This document shows positions 37,676 through 47,491 of a stretch of DNA of 64,000 nucleotides, one piece after another. Numbering within the stretch: position 1 is the stretch's first letter; each line of letters opens with the position of its first letter. The notes beneath the pieces were generated by a model. It was not told the origin of the DNA. It was given only the letters and a program-made list of their open reading frames with translations, and searched no databases. The DNA comes from Alphaproteobacteria bacterium (GTDB taxonomy: Bacteria; Pseudomonadota; Alphaproteobacteria; Caulobacterales; Maricaulaceae): assembly GCA_018222865.1 (NCBI GenBank), contig JAAEZM010000003.1, forward strand, positions 70,795-134,794, in the 5' to 3' direction. Position numbers and translations under genes: made by a program.

Positions 37676-38518
37676 ATGGCGACGAATGAGCAACCGTCCC
37701 TCGACACCTGTTTTCATATACACATGGTGTCAGACTCGACCGGCGAAACCTTGATGGAGGTTATGCGCGCCTCTGTGGCTCAATTCGAAAACGCCACGCC
37801 TCTGGAGCACTTGTATGCGCTGGTCCGCTCCGCGCGGCAGCTTGACCGGGTCCTTGAAGAGATTGAGGCCTATCCCGGCGTTGTAATGTACACCATCGTC
37901 AATCCGGATCTGCGCAGGACGCTTGAAACCAAATGCTATGAGATGGGTGTGCCGGCGATTGCGGTTCTTGATCCCATGCTGGCCACTTTAAGTGCTTATC
38001 TTGGCCGTCAGGTTGCCAGTCGTGCCGGGGCTCAGCGCTCACTCGATGCGGAATATTATCACCGGATTGATGCTCTGAATTACGCGATGGCTCATGATGA
38101 TGGCCAGGGTGATAACTTCGAGGCTGCTGACATCTTGTTATTGGGCGTTAGCCGCACGTCAAAAACACCGACAAGCATCTATCTTGCCCATCGCGGCTAT
38201 CGAGCTGCAAATATTCCGCTGGTACAAAATGTACCGCTGCCTGAAGAGGTATTGACGCTCAAGAACCCGCTGGTGGTTGGGCTGACAGCATCACCGGAAC
38301 GCATTGTCCAGATCCGTCGGAACAGGCTTTTGAGTCTCAATGAAGATCGCGACACGGATTATGTTGATGATTTCACAGTGCGCGAAGAAGTTCTCTATGC
38401 GAAACGCCTCTTCGCCAAGCAGGGTTGGCCGAGTATTGATGTGACACGGCGGTCGATCGAGGAAACGGCTGCCAAAATCATCAATCTACTCAATGAGAAA
38501 CGGAACCGGTCGCAATGA
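37676..38518 (+). CDS. pyruvate,phosphate dikinase / PEP synthase regulatory kinase-pyrophosphorylase (PpsR/DUF299, RP001 homologue)
   Basis: IHMVSDSTGET...LLGVSRTSKTPTSIYLA (P-loop) ...RR.RL. ATG 37676 is preferred over TTG 37664. Confidence 0.9.
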   Translation: MATNEQPSLDTCFHIHMVSDSTGETLMEVMRASVAQFENATPLEHLYALVRSARQLDRVLEEIEAYPGVVMYTIVNPDLRRTLETKCYEMGVPAIAVLDPMLATLSAYLGRQVASRAGAQRSLDAEYYHRIDALNYAMAHDDGQGDNFEAADILLLGVSRTSKTPTSIYLAHRGYRAANIPLVQNVPLPEEVLTLKNPLVVGLTASPERIVQIRRNRLLSLNEDRDTDYVDDFTVREEVLYAKRLFAKQGWPSIDVTRRSIEETAAKIINLLNEKRNRSQ

Positions 38519-39105
38519 ACCGATTTGTTCTTGCGTCAGGAAGTGCAATCCGGCGCGCTGTGCTAGACGGTGTAAAGGTCTCGTTCGAGGTCGATAAGTC
38601 TGATGTTGATGAGACAATTCTGAAGGATCAGAACAAAGCGCTTTCACCACGCGATATGGCTCTATTATTGGCACGGGCGAAAGCGGAAAACGTGTCCAAG
38701 CGGCGATCTGGGGATTTCGTGCTTGGGGCGGATCAGACCATGGAGCTCGATGGCCAACTGCTCGACAAACTCCCGAGCGCAGATCTTGCCCGCGACCGTC
38801 TGGAAAAAATGCGCGGCCATGAACATTATCTCCATTCCGGCTTGTCGATTTATCGTAATGGCGAGGAGGTCTGGTCCCACCAGCAAACCTCAACCCTCCA
38901 TGTGCGAAACTTTTCCGATGCCTTCCTGGATGAATATCTCGATCAGGCGGGATTTGCCCTCACAGCGAGTGTAGGGGCTTATGCTTATGAAGATCTGGGC
39001 GCCCAGCTTTTCGAGCGGGTCGATGGGGATTATTACGCTATTCTGGGCTTGCCGCTCCTGCCCTTATTGAATGCACTCCGAGAGTTTGAGGTCATTAAGT
39101 CATGA
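38515..39105 (+). CDS. maf: Maf-like nucleoside triphosphate pyrophosphatase
   Basis: VLASGSAIRR...LGADQ...GAYAYEDLGAQLFERVDGDYYAILGLPLLPL. Confidence 0.9.
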   Translation: MNRFVLASGSAIRRAVLDGVKVSFEVDKSDVDETILKDQNKALSPRDMALLLARAKAENVSKRRSGDFVLGADQTMELDGQLLDKLPSADLARDRLEKMRGHEHYLHSGLSIYRNGEEVWSHQQTSTLHVRNFSDAFLDEYLDQAGFALTASVGAYAYEDLGAQLFERVDGDYYAILGLPLLPLLNALREFEVIKS

Positions 39106-39947
39106 CACCTACCGGCTCCGCCTTGACCGCTGGGGTGATCGGTCAGCCGATCGGTCACTCCTTGTCGCCGCTCATGATGTCGCGCTGGATCCAGGATGCC
39201 GGCCTTGATGCGATTTACACACCCTATATAGCGACGCCGCACATGTTCGCGCCGATTGTGAGCGCACTGTTTCGAGCCGGGCTGAAGGGTCTGAATGTTA
39301 CACTGCCGCACAAAACCGAGGCTTTGCGCCTGTCGCACCGGATTTCTGACCGGGCGGAGCGTATCGGGGCCGCGAACCTCCTGACATCAATTGATGGTGA
39401 GGTACATGCAGACAATACCGATGCTATTGGATTTATTTCAGCATTGAGAACCTCTGGCCATGACCCTGCCGCCAAAAATGCGCTTGTTTTGGGTGCAGGT
39501 GGTGCCGCACGAGCAATCGTAGATGGACTGATTGAAGCTGGCGTTTCCGGGCTCACAATCTGTAACCGCAGCCGGGCACGCGCTGAATCCATGCGCGCTG
39601 ACCTCGCGCCAAATGCCCATATCGGGACGTGGGATGAGCGCAATGACGCTCTCCTTGAAGCAGACATTGTCGTTAATGCAACTTCGCTCGGTCTGAGTGA
39701 CCAGCCAGAGCTCGGCATGGATTGGAGCCAGGCGAAATCATCGGCCATTATTGCGGATAGCGTTTATGTTCCTCTGGAGACCGGTTTCCTGCGAACCGCG
39801 TCAGAAGCCGGTCTGACGACCGTTGATGGTCTGGGCATGCTGATCGAACAGGGTCGTCCGAGTTTCACGGCCTTTTTCGGGCAAGAGGCTCCTGAGACAA
39901 CCGACATTCGCAGCCTTCTCATTCAGGCCTTGGCAACGCGATCATGA
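39102..39947 (+). CDS. aroE: shikimate dehydrogenase
   Basis: GVIGQPIGHSLSPLM, NVTLPHK, NTDAIGF and LVLGAGGAARA. Confidence 0.92.
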   Translation: MTPTGSALTAGVIGQPIGHSLSPLMMSRWIQDAGLDAIYTPYIATPHMFAPIVSALFRAGLKGLNVTLPHKTEALRLSHRISDRAERIGAANLLTSIDGEVHADNTDAIGFISALRTSGHDPAAKNALVLGAGGAARAIVDGLIEAGVSGLTICNRSRARAESMRADLAPNAHIGTWDERNDALLEADIVVNATSLGLSDQPELGMDWSQAKSSAIIADSVYVPLETGFLRTASEAGLTTVDGLGMLIEQGRPSFTAFFGQEAPETTDIRSLLIQALATRS

Positions 39948-40543
39948 AGATTATTGGCCTGACAGGCTCGATCGGAATGGGAAAATCGGCGACCGCTGAT
40001 CTGTTAGAGGCAGAAGGTATTCCGGTCTTCGATAGCGATGCTTGTGTCCACGAGCTTTATGCTGTGGGTGGCGGCGCTGTGGAACCAGTTGGAAAGGCCT
40101 TCCCCGGCAGCGTCATTGATGGCGCTGTGGATCGGGCGCGTCTGAGTGAATTACTGGCTGAAGACCCATCAGGCTTCAAACGGTTGGAGGCCATCGTCCA
40201 CCCTTTGGTAAGCCAGGCCCGGGACGGGTTTTTACAGAAGGCGGCCGCGGCTGGATCTTGGGCGGTGGTGTTTGATATTCCGCTTCTTTTTGAAACCGGC
40301 GCGGACAAACTCGTTGATAGCATTATCGTGGTTCATGCGCCCGATGCGGTTCGACGAAAGCGTGTCCTTCAACGACCGGGCATGACAGCCGAAAAGCTGG
40401 AGCAGATCATCGCGCGGCAAATGCCGGATGCGGAGAAACTCAAGCGTGCCGATTATGCCATCGAGACATCCGGTGGGCTTGAAGATGCGCGCGAACAGGT
40501 CCGCAATATGCTTCAAGACCTGAAGTCACAAACATCAGCTTGA
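39944..40543 (+). CDS. coaE: dephospho-CoA kinase
   Basis: IGLTGSIGMGKS P-loop...DIPLLFE. Confidence 0.92.
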   Translation: MKIIGLTGSIGMGKSATADLLEAEGIPVFDSDACVHELYAVGGGAVEPVGKAFPGSVIDGAVDRARLSELLAEDPSGFKRLEAIVHPLVSQARDGFLQKAAAAGSWAVVFDIPLLFETGADKLVDSIIVVHAPDAVRRKRVLQRPGMTAEKLEQIIARQMPDAEKLKRADYAIETSGGLEDAREQVRNMLQDLKSQTSA

Positions 40544-40554
40544 GGGGCAATGCC

Positions 40555-41253
40555 ATGCGGGAAATCGTCTTCGATACAGAGACGACAGGCCTTGAGGCCA
40601 ATGGAGGCGATCGCATTACCGAATTGGGGTGTGTCGAGGTCATCGACTGTATTCCCACCGGCCGCACCTACCACGCCTATGTCAATCCGCAGCGCTCGAC
40701 GCCCGCTGAAGTGGTCGCGATTACCGGCCTCACAGATGAGTTTCTCGCTGACAAACCCCTCTTTTCCGAAGTCGCCGAAGACTTCGTGGAGTTCGTTGGT
40801 GATGCGGTGATGGTGGCCCATAATGCGGGCTTTGACCGTGGCTTCATCAATATGGAGCTGGAGCGGCTCGGAAAGACTGCCTATCCCGAGGACAGGTTCA
40901 AGGATACGGCCCGGATCGCGCGCGCGAAATTCCCCGGCTCATATGTCTCGCTGGATGCGCTGTGTAAGCGTTTCGATATTTCGCTTGAAACCCGTGACAA
41001 GCACGGCGCGCTGATTGATGCCCTGCTTCTCGCTGAAGTCTATCTCGAGCTGACCGGTGGGCGCACCCAGGTGCTTGATCTGAGCGGTCAGGGGTCAGCG
41101 GGCTGGGGCGGCGTGGTTGACTTCCCGGTGCAGCCTACACGTCCTGCAAAACTCGCCTCTCGGATCAGCGAGGCCGAGCGTGCCGCCCATTCCGCCTTTA
41201 TCGACGATCTGGGCGGCGATGTGCTCTGGAAACAGCTTTCGGTCGACCGCTAG
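40555..41253 (+). CDS. dnaQ: DNA polymerase III subunit epsilon (3'-5' exonuclease)
   Basis: Exo I IVFDTETTGL, Exo II VAHNAGFDRGF and Exo III HGALIDALLLAEVY. Confidence 0.93.
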   Translation: MREIVFDTETTGLEANGGDRITELGCVEVIDCIPTGRTYHAYVNPQRSTPAEVVAITGLTDEFLADKPLFSEVAEDFVEFVGDAVMVAHNAGFDRGFINMELERLGKTAYPEDRFKDTARIARAKFPGSYVSLDALCKRFDISLETRDKHGALIDALLLAEVYLELTGGRTQVLDLSGQGSAGWGGVVDFPVQPTRPAKLASRISEAERAAHSAFIDDLGGDVLWKQLSVDR

Positions 41254-41280
41254 CGGCAACCGCGCTGGACTTCCATTGGT

Positions 41281-41796
41281 TTAGTTGACGGCTGGTTCGC
41301 CATTCCCATTGCCCTCAGAACCCTGAGCAGCAGCGGCGCGCTTGGCAAGCTGGGCGCGGTAAAGATTGGCGAAATCAACCGGATCCAGCATGAGCGGCGG
41401 GAAGCCGCCATCACGCGTGATGTCAGCAAGGATGCGACGCGCGAACGGGAAGATCAGGCGCGGGCACTCGATCAGCAGGAAAGGTTCGCGATCAGCGTCA
41501 GAGACATTGGTCATCTGGAAGAGGCCGCCATAGGCGAGCTCTGCGATGAAAACGACCTCATCCTCACCGCGGACGGCGCGAGCGCTGAAATTCAGGACAA
41601 CTTCGAACGTATCCTGGCCGAGAGAGCGAGCCTGAACATCGATACCCATGTCGATATTCGGCGCGCCTGCACCACGCATGGACTCAGGCGCCCCCGGATT
41701 CTCGAAAGAGAGGTCTTTTACATACTGGCTAAGAATGCGCAGCGAAGGCATTTGCGGTTGAGCGCCGGCTTCCGGCGTGGTCGGGGCATCGGTCAT
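41281..41796 (-). CDS. secB: protein-export chaperone SecB
   Basis: ILSQYVKDLSFENP...ECPRLIFPFARRILADITRDGGFPPLML. Confidence 0.93.
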   Translation of the reverse strand: MTDAPTTPEAGAQPQMPSLRILSQYVKDLSFENPGAPESMRGAGAPNIDMGIDVQARSLGQDTFEVVLNFSARAVRGEDEVVFIAELAYGGLFQMTNVSDADREPFLLIECPRLIFPFARRILADITRDGGFPPLMLDPVDFANLYRAQLAKRAAAAQGSEGNGNGEPAVN

Positions 41797-41983
41797 GTAA
41801 ATTCCCTGGCGGGTCCCACGTTATGGAGCGCGGCGTGAGTGCCGCAATGACAAAGCGGGCCGGTTAACATGCACAATAGGCTGCGGCAAGGCGAAGACCT
41901 GACATTGCAGAGGCTGACGTCGGCATGATTCCGGCCTATATCTAGGTTGAACAACTGAATTCGACACAAGAGTCCCGGAGCTC

Positions 41984-42613
41984 ATGGCTGAAGTCCTTTC
42001 CATTCTTTTCTTTGGCGGTATTGCCGTCTTCTTCGCTTTTCGCCTGTTTTCGGTGCTCGGCCGCCATGAAGGACATATGGAGCCCCCGCCTGCGCGTGAA
42101 CCGTCCAGCCCGGAAATTGGTGATCACCAGGAGCGACCAAATTTACGCCCCGCTTATGAGGGGCCTGCGGCGGCGGGCCTGGAGGCGATCGCTGCAGCGG
42201 ATAGCCGTTTTGACCCGACCGGTTTCCTCGATGGGGCTCGCTCGGCTTACGAGATGATTGTGATTGCCTTTGCCAAGGGTGATCGCGAGACGTTGAAAGG
42301 GCTGCTCGCAGACAAAGTCCTTACCCCTTATCTTGCCGCGATTGATGCGCGAGAGGCGCGGGGCGAGACCGCTCGAACCGAGATTGATCGCATTCGTTCC
42401 ACCGAGATTGCTGATGCCGAGCTCGAGAATGGTATTGCTCGCGTCAAGGTCCGGTTTGATGCGGATATCGCTACAGAAACCGTTGATGGTGAGGGAAAGC
42501 GCGTCTCCGGCGATTTTGCTCACGTCAATTCCGTCAAGGAATACTGGACCTTCCAGCGAGACACGACGAGCATGGACCCCAATTGGGTGCTTGCCAGCGT
42601 CTCTGTCGCCTGA
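41984..42613 (+). CDS. Tim44-like domain membrane protein
   Basis: N-terminal TM segment, then FDPTGFLDGARSAYEMIVIAFAKGD...EYWTFQRD...DPNWVL, typical of bacterial Tim44 domains. Confidence 0.85.
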   Translation: MAEVLSILFFGGIAVFFAFRLFSVLGRHEGHMEPPPAREPSSPEIGDHQERPNLRPAYEGPAAAGLEAIAAADSRFDPTGFLDGARSAYEMIVIAFAKGDRETLKGLLADKVLTPYLAAIDAREARGETARTEIDRIRSTEIADAELENGIARVKVRFDADIATETVDGEGKRVSGDFAHVNSVKEYWTFQRDTTSMDPNWVLASVSVA

Positions 42614-42615
42614 CG

Positions 42616-43857
42616 ATGCGATCGCCCCTGAAACGCGCTGCTGCGGGATTGGCGGTGTTTCTCGCGGCCTGTCAGCAACCGCCTGAACCTCCGGCAGATG
42701 AGGTTGAGGAGGCAGTGCTCGAACTGCCCAATGATCTCCTGCTGATACCGGCGCATTGGGATGCCATGGCCGGGTGGGAAAATGCGGATCCGCGGGATGC
42801 GATCACGGCGTTTCAGCGTAATTGTGCCATCTGGGCGCGTCGTGATGCGGATCAACCCTTGAATCCACGTGCCCTTTGGGCCGGGAATGTTTCAGACTGG
42901 TTGCCGGTTTGCGAGACGCTCTCCGGCGCGTTTCCAACAGAGGCTGAGGCGCGCGCTGCCCTGCAGGCTGTGTTTTCACCGATCCGCGCCATTGCCGTGG
43001 AGACGGAGAGCGAGGCGCAGGCGGATACCGGATTGATGACCGGATATTACGAGCCCTTTGTGGAGGTAAGTGAAACCCGCCAAGGCTCGTTCACACAACC
43101 CTTGCGGCGCCGTCCGGAGGATTTGATCACTGTGGATCTGGGCCGGTTTGATGAGGCTTTAGCGGGTCAGCGTCTTGTTGGACAGGTGGAAAACGGTGAG
43201 CTGGTGCATTATCGCGCCCGCGCCGAAATCGAGGCGGATAATGCTGGCGAAATTTTCGCCTGGGGTGAGCCTATCCATGTATTTTTCCTGCAAATTCAGG
43301 GATCTGGCCGACTAGTCTATCCCGACGGGCATCAAGAGCGTGCCGCTTTCGCTGCTCATAATGGTCAACCTTATCGCTCGATTGGGCGTGAGTTGATCGA
43401 AAGGGGTGAGCTCGAACGCCATGCCGCCTCAAAACAGGGTATTGAGGCCTGGCTGATTGAAAACGGTCCGGAGGCCACAGCCGAGCTTTTCGCCGTCAAT
43501 CCGCGCTATGTCTTCTTCCGGACCCAGCGTCTTGATGACCCCGAACTGGGTCCATCGGGCTCCTCCGGCGTTGCGCTGACGCCCATGGCGTCCATGGCGA
43601 TTGATCCGGCCCATCACGCCCACGGTGTTCCGGTCTGGATATCCGCTGATTTTCCTGAATTGGAGGATTGGAGCGGCCTGGTGATTGCACAGGATTCCGG
43701 TGGTGCGATTACCGGTCCCTTGCGGGGTGATTTCTTCTGGGGATGGGGCGAAACAGCCGAACGTCGCGCGGGCCGCACACGAGCGCAGGCGCAATGGACA
43801 GTGCTACTGCCCCAGCATCTCGCGCAAGCCATCATTGATGCAACGCCGCCAGCTTGA
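42616..43857 (+). CDS. mltA: membrane-bound lytic murein transglycosylase A
   Basis: Lipobox VFLAAC|QQ. GYYEP...FFLQIQGSG...YRSIGREL...NPRYVFF...AIDP...DSGGAI.G..R.DFFWG (3D domain). Confidence 0.88.
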   Translation: MRSPLKRAAAGLAVFLAACQQPPEPPADEVEEAVLELPNDLLLIPAHWDAMAGWENADPRDAITAFQRNCAIWARRDADQPLNPRALWAGNVSDWLPVCETLSGAFPTEAEARAALQAVFSPIRAIAVETESEAQADTGLMTGYYEPFVEVSETRQGSFTQPLRRRPEDLITVDLGRFDEALAGQRLVGQVENGELVHYRARAEIEADNAGEIFAWGEPIHVFFLQIQGSGRLVYPDGHQERAAFAAHNGQPYRSIGRELIERGELERHAASKQGIEAWLIENGPEATAELFAVNPRYVFFRTQRLDDPELGPSGSSGVALTPMASMAIDPAHHAHGVPVWISADFPELEDWSGLVIAQDSGGAITGPLRGDFFWGWGETAERRAGRTRAQAQWTVLLPQHLAQAIIDATPPA

Positions 43858-43875
43858 CGACAGGGAGCGCGATCC

Positions 43876-44472
43876 ATGAAGTCAAAGCGCCCGCTCAAGC
43901 CGGAAGAGCGCCAGATCTGGCGTAAAGTGGCCAAATCCGTCACACCCCTTGATGAAAGCCGGACTCAATCGCTTGATCAGGCCGAACCTTCAGATCCGAC
44001 ACCAAAGCTCAAGACGGCCTCGACTGGAAAGAAGCCCAAGGACAAACCCTCGCATCATCCGCATCAAACACCACCTCGGCATCACCATGTGCCGGTCCCT
44101 GTTGATCGAAGTGCTGAGAAGCGTGTTCGTCGCGGCAAGATGGAGCTCGACGCGCGAATTGATCTGCACGGGCTGACCCAGGCTCAGGCTTTGAGCACAC
44201 TGACCCATTTCATCCGCATGGCCTATCAGGAAGGCTATCGCAATGTGCTGGTCATCACCGGCAAGGGTCTGAAAGCGCGCGAGCGTGATAGCGAGCCATG
44301 GGAATATCCTGAGGAACCCGGTGTGCTCCGGCGTAAACTACCGGAATGGTTGGGTAACCCTACACTTCGTCAGTGGGTGTCAGGATATTCGAGCTCGCAT
44401 GTCCGTCATGGCGGAAGCGGCGCCTTCTATGTCACGCTCCGCACGCGCAAGCTCGATGCAGGACGCCGGTAA
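43876..44472 (+). CDS. Smr/MutS2-type small nuclease domain protein
   Basis: ARIDLHGLTQAQALSTLTHFI...VLVITGKG...GVLRRKLPEWL. Confidence 0.85.
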   Translation: MKSKRPLKPEERQIWRKVAKSVTPLDESRTQSLDQAEPSDPTPKLKTASTGKKPKDKPSHHPHQTPPRHHHVPVPVDRSAEKRVRRGKMELDARIDLHGLTQAQALSTLTHFIRMAYQEGYRNVLVITGKGLKARERDSEPWEYPEEPGVLRRKLPEWLGNPTLRQWVSGYSSSHVRHGGSGAFYVTLRTRKLDAGRR

Positions 44473-44493
44473 AACCGCAAGCGTTTGGGCGGA

Positions 44494-45801
44494 TTAGAGA
44501 ATGAACTTGCTCAAATCTGCATTCTTCGCGAGTTCACCGACATGGCTGGCGACATAATCCGCATCAATGGTGATCGTCTCGCCAGACCGGTCTGAGGCAG
44601 TGAATGAGACCTCTTCGACCAGTTTCTCCATAATGGTCTGAAGGCGGCGGGCACCGATATTCTCGACACTGGCATTCACGTCAGCCGCCAGCTGGGCGAT
44701 GGACTCTACCGCATCCTCGGCAAAGTCGAGATGGACACCCTCCGTAGCCAGAAGCGCTGTGTATTGTCGGATCAGATTGGCTTCTGGCTCGGTGAGGATG
44801 CGCTTGAAATCATCCTTGGTCAGCGCGGAGAGCTCGACCCGGATCGGCAATCGACCCTGCAATTCCGGCAACATGTCAGAAGGTTTGGCGACGTGGAATG
44901 CGCCAGAGGCGATGAACAGGATGTGGTCGGTCTTGATCGCACCATGCTTGGTCGTGACCGTTGTGCCTTCGATAAGAGGCAGGAGATCGCGCTGTACGCC
45001 TTCTCGCGACACGTCCGCACCGCGCGCTTCCGAACGCGCCGCGATCTTGTCGATCTCATCGAGGAAGACAATGCCTTCATTCTCCGCCAGCTTGATGGCC
45101 TCGGTCGTTATTTGACCATCATCGAGCAGTTTATCAGCTTCTTCATTGATCAGGGGCTCATAGGCCTCCTTCACCTTCATACGCACGGTTTTGGTTTGCT
45201 GGCCCATACCCTTGCCGAAGATATCTCCGAGATTGAGCACGCCGGCGCCGCCTTGCATGCCCGGAATATCCAGCATGTGCAGCGGGGAATTCCCGGCATC
45301 GGCGAGCTGGACTTCCACATCCTTGTCATCAAGCTCACCGGAGCGAAGCCGTTGGCGAAACTTGTCGCGGGTTGTTTCACCTGCGCCGGGTCCCACGAGC
45401 GCTTCCAGCACCCGGTCTTCGGCTGCTTGGTGCGCCTGGGCTTTGACCGCTTCTCGCTTTTGCTCCCGCACGAGATGTATCGAGACCTCAACAAGATCGC
45501 GTGCGATTTGATCGACATCACGGCCGACATAACCCACTTCCGTGAATTTCGTCGCTTCGATCTTGATGAAAGGCGCTTGGGCGAGCTTGGCCAGGCGCCG
45601 GGAAATCTCCGTCTTACCGACACCGGTCGGCCCGATCATGAGAATATTCTTCGGTGTCACTTCCTCGGCGAGATCTGCATCGAGCTGTTTGCGGCGCCAG
45701 CGATTGCGCAGGGCGAGAGCTACAGCTTTCTTGGCGTCGGACTGGCCGACGATATAGCGGTCGAGTTCGGAGACAATTTCGCGAGGGGAAAAATCGGTCA
45801 T
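44494..45801 (-). CDS. hslU: ATP-dependent protease ATPase subunit HslU
   Basis: [30 protein letters not shown] (Walker A) and [13 protein letters not shown] 45801 is preferred. Confidence 0.97.
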   Translation of the reverse strand: MTDFSPREIVSELDRYIVGQSDAKKAVALALRNRWRRKQLDADLAEEVTPKNILMIGPTGVGKTEISRRLAKLAQAPFIKIEATKFTEVGYVGRDVDQIARDLVEVSIHLVREQKREAVKAQAHQAAEDRVLEALVGPGAGETTRDKFRQRLRSGELDDKDVEVQLADAGNSPLHMLDIPGMQGGAGVLNLGDIFGKGMGQQTKTVRMKVKEAYEPLINEEADKLLDDGQITTEAIKLAENEGIVFLDEIDKIAARSEARGADVSREGVQRDLLPLIEGTTVTTKHGAIKTDHILFIASGAFHVAKPSDMLPELQGRLPIRVELSALTKDDFKRILTEPEANLIRQYTALLATEGVHLDFAEDAVESIAQLAADVNASVENIGARRLQTIMEKLVEEVSFTASDRSGETITIDADYVASHVGELAKNADLSKFIL

Positions 45802-45877
45802 GGGGCCATTGGTTTGATTGCGCGTTCTCCTCATGTAATCAGGGGGGAGCACTCACACCAGTCCTGAAAGGCAGATC

Positions 45878-46303
45878 ATGACGACGCGCCCCCGCTTCCA
45901 CTACGCTTTTCCTGTCGACGATCTAGAAAAGGCCCGCGAATTCTATACGGGGCTTGTGGGGTGTCGGGTCGGCCGCTCTTCAGATCGATGGATTGATTTT
46001 GACATGTATGGCCATCAGGTCGTGGCGCATTTATCGCCCGATGAGTGCGGCCTGGGCGAAGATGCCGCTGTTGATGGCAAGGCTGTGCCTGTGCGCCATT
46101 TCGGCCTGGTTCTGGACTGGGCGGAGTGGGAAGCTTTGGGTGAGCGATTCCGCCAGGCCGGGACGGATTTCGTCGTCGAGCCCTATATCCGCTTTGAAGG
46201 CCAGCCGGGCGAGCAAGGCACATTCTTTGTCCGCGACCCGGCAGGAAATGCGCTTGAATTCAAAACCTTCCGGGATATTGAAACGCAGTTGTTTGCACGC
46301 TAG
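45878..46303 (+). CDS. VOC (glyoxalase/bleomycin-resistance/dioxygenase) family protein
   Basis: FHYAFPVDDLEKAREFYTGLVGC...HFGLVL...FFVRDPAGNALEFK. Confidence 0.8.
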   Translation: MTTRPRFHYAFPVDDLEKAREFYTGLVGCRVGRSSDRWIDFDMYGHQVVAHLSPDECGLGEDAAVDGKAVPVRHFGLVLDWAEWEALGERFRQAGTDFVVEPYIRFEGQPGEQGTFFVRDPAGNALEFKTFRDIETQLFAR

Positions 46304-46372
46304 GCGCGATGCATATTTCAATAATTCAATCCAGCCCTATTTTTAGTAAGGCTATAGCGACGCATACCGTAG

Positions 46373-46834
46373 ATGACGACGCTAGATATGGATTTAGAGC
46401 AACTGATCTATAGAAGTGAGCTCAGCCCCACTTTCCGCCGCGGCTTGAACGGCGATCTTCCAGACCTTCTGGAGCAAGCGCGTCGCCTGAATGCCGCACG
46501 GCGGATTACTGGTCTTCTCTTGGTGTATCAGGGCTGTTTTATCCAGCTGATTGAAGGGCGTCCGGATCAACTTGACGTCCTGATATCGGCGCTGGAGCGA
46601 GATCCGCGTCACCGAAACATGAATGCTATCGGAAGACGCAAGATCAAACAGCGAGCCTTCCCGGACTGGACGATGTCAGCGCGTGATCTGAGCGCGGATG
46701 ATGAACGCATACACAAGCGTCTGGATGAAGCGGGAGCGGCGCTGCCCCCGACCATGAGCTATTCCGGCGTCCTGCGATTCTTGAAGCGGATTTGGGCCAT
46801 CCGTTTCGACGAATGCCAATTCGTCTACGTCTAG
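46373..46834 (+). CDS. short BLUF-domain blue-light (FAD) photoreceptor protein
   Basis: BLUF hallmarks are present: LIYRS (photoactive Tyr), [26 protein letters not shown] (Asn and Gln), DPRHRN, and FPDWTM (Trp/Met). Confidence 0.88.
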   Translation: MTTLDMDLEQLIYRSELSPTFRRGLNGDLPDLLEQARRLNAARRITGLLLVYQGCFIQLIEGRPDQLDVLISALERDPRHRNMNAIGRRKIKQRAFPDWTMSARDLSADDERIHKRLDEAGAALPPTMSYSGVLRFLKRIWAIRFDECQFVYV

Positions 46835-47400
46835 TCCGCGTCGAGCACTTCGATCGTCAGATTATCATTGGTGTAAACACAGATCCGCGCCGCAATATCC
46901 ATCGCTTTCTCGGCGATGACTTTTGCGTCTTCCTCATATTCGTAGAGCGCCCGGGCGGCCGAGAGCGCGTAATTGCCGCCGGACCCGACTGCGACGACAC
47001 CATCTTCTGGCTCCAGCACATCGCCGGCTCCGGTCAATAAGAAGGTGGCGGAACGATCAGCGACGATCAGCATCGCGTCCAAGCGGCGCATATATTTATC
47101 GGTCCGCCAATCCTTGGCGAGATCGACACAGGCGCGTGCAAGCTGGGAAGGGTATTGTTCAAGCTTGGCTTCCAGGCGCTCAAACAGCGCAAAAGCATCC
47201 GCCGTCGCGCCGGCAAATCCCGCCACGACATGGCCGCCGGCGAGTTGACGCACTTTCTTGGCATTGCCCTTCATCACTGTTGGGCCGATGGATACCTGGC
47301 CATCACCGGCCAAAACCAGCTTGCCGCCTTTGCGAACGGCAAGAATTGTTGTGCCGCGCCATTTCGAGGCGTCTGTATAGGACTCATTATCGAGGGACAT
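46831..47400 (-). CDS. hslV: ATP-dependent protease subunit HslV
   Basis: ...[24 protein letters not shown] contains the catalytic Thr after a short propeptide. ATG 47400 is preferred over the upstream extension, which would read through the parS-like site. Confidence 0.95.
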   Translation of the reverse strand: MSLDNESYTDASKWRGTTILAVRKGGKLVLAGDGQVSIGPTVMKGNAKKVRQLAGGHVVAGFAGATADAFALFERLEAKLEQYPSQLARACVDLAKDWRTDKYMRRLDAMLIVADRSATFLLTGAGDVLEPEDGVVAVGSGGNYALSAARALYEYEEDAKVIAEKAMDIAARICVYTNDNLTIEVLDAD

Positions 47401-47410
47401 GGCGCTGCTC

Positions 47411-47426
47411 CGTTTCACGTGAAACC
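47411..47426. promoter_or_regulatory. parS-like site (CGTTTCACGTGAAACC; 14-bp core identical to the two perfect sites)
   Basis: The GTTTCACGTGAAAC core is perfect and only the two outermost bases differ. It lies 11 nt upstream of the hslV ATG. Confidence 0.6.
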
Positions 47427-47433
47427 CTTGCAG

Positions 47434-47463
47434 CATTTGGCCTTAGCAGCGCCACAGATCAAG
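47434..47463 (-). promoter_or_regulatory. candidate sigma32 (heat-shock) promoter of hslV
   Basis: Minus strand reads CTCACCCTTGAT, N17, CCAAATG. The -35 part closely resembles the E. coli sigma32 -35 consensus TCTC-CCCTTGAA. The -10 match is weaker. Confidence 0.35.
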
Positions 47464-47491
47464 GGTGAGGGCGCAGCTTGGCCCGCCTCAC

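Noticed and set aside
44731-45867. 378-aa plus-strand ORF antisense to hslU. Similar long shadow ORFs: 62566-63912 (antisense to dnaA), 21402-22652 (leuS), 49819-50778 (adenosine kinase), 52722-53585 (polA), 34175-35068 (rho/hemJ region), 8046-8789 (ubiH-like), 19650-20336 (porin-like).
   Set aside because: Each lies entirely opposite a gene with unmistakable conserved motifs. Their translations are Arg/Gly/Ala/Pro-rich and low in complexity, typical of antisense frames in GC-rich DNA. None has a recognisable domain or RBS.
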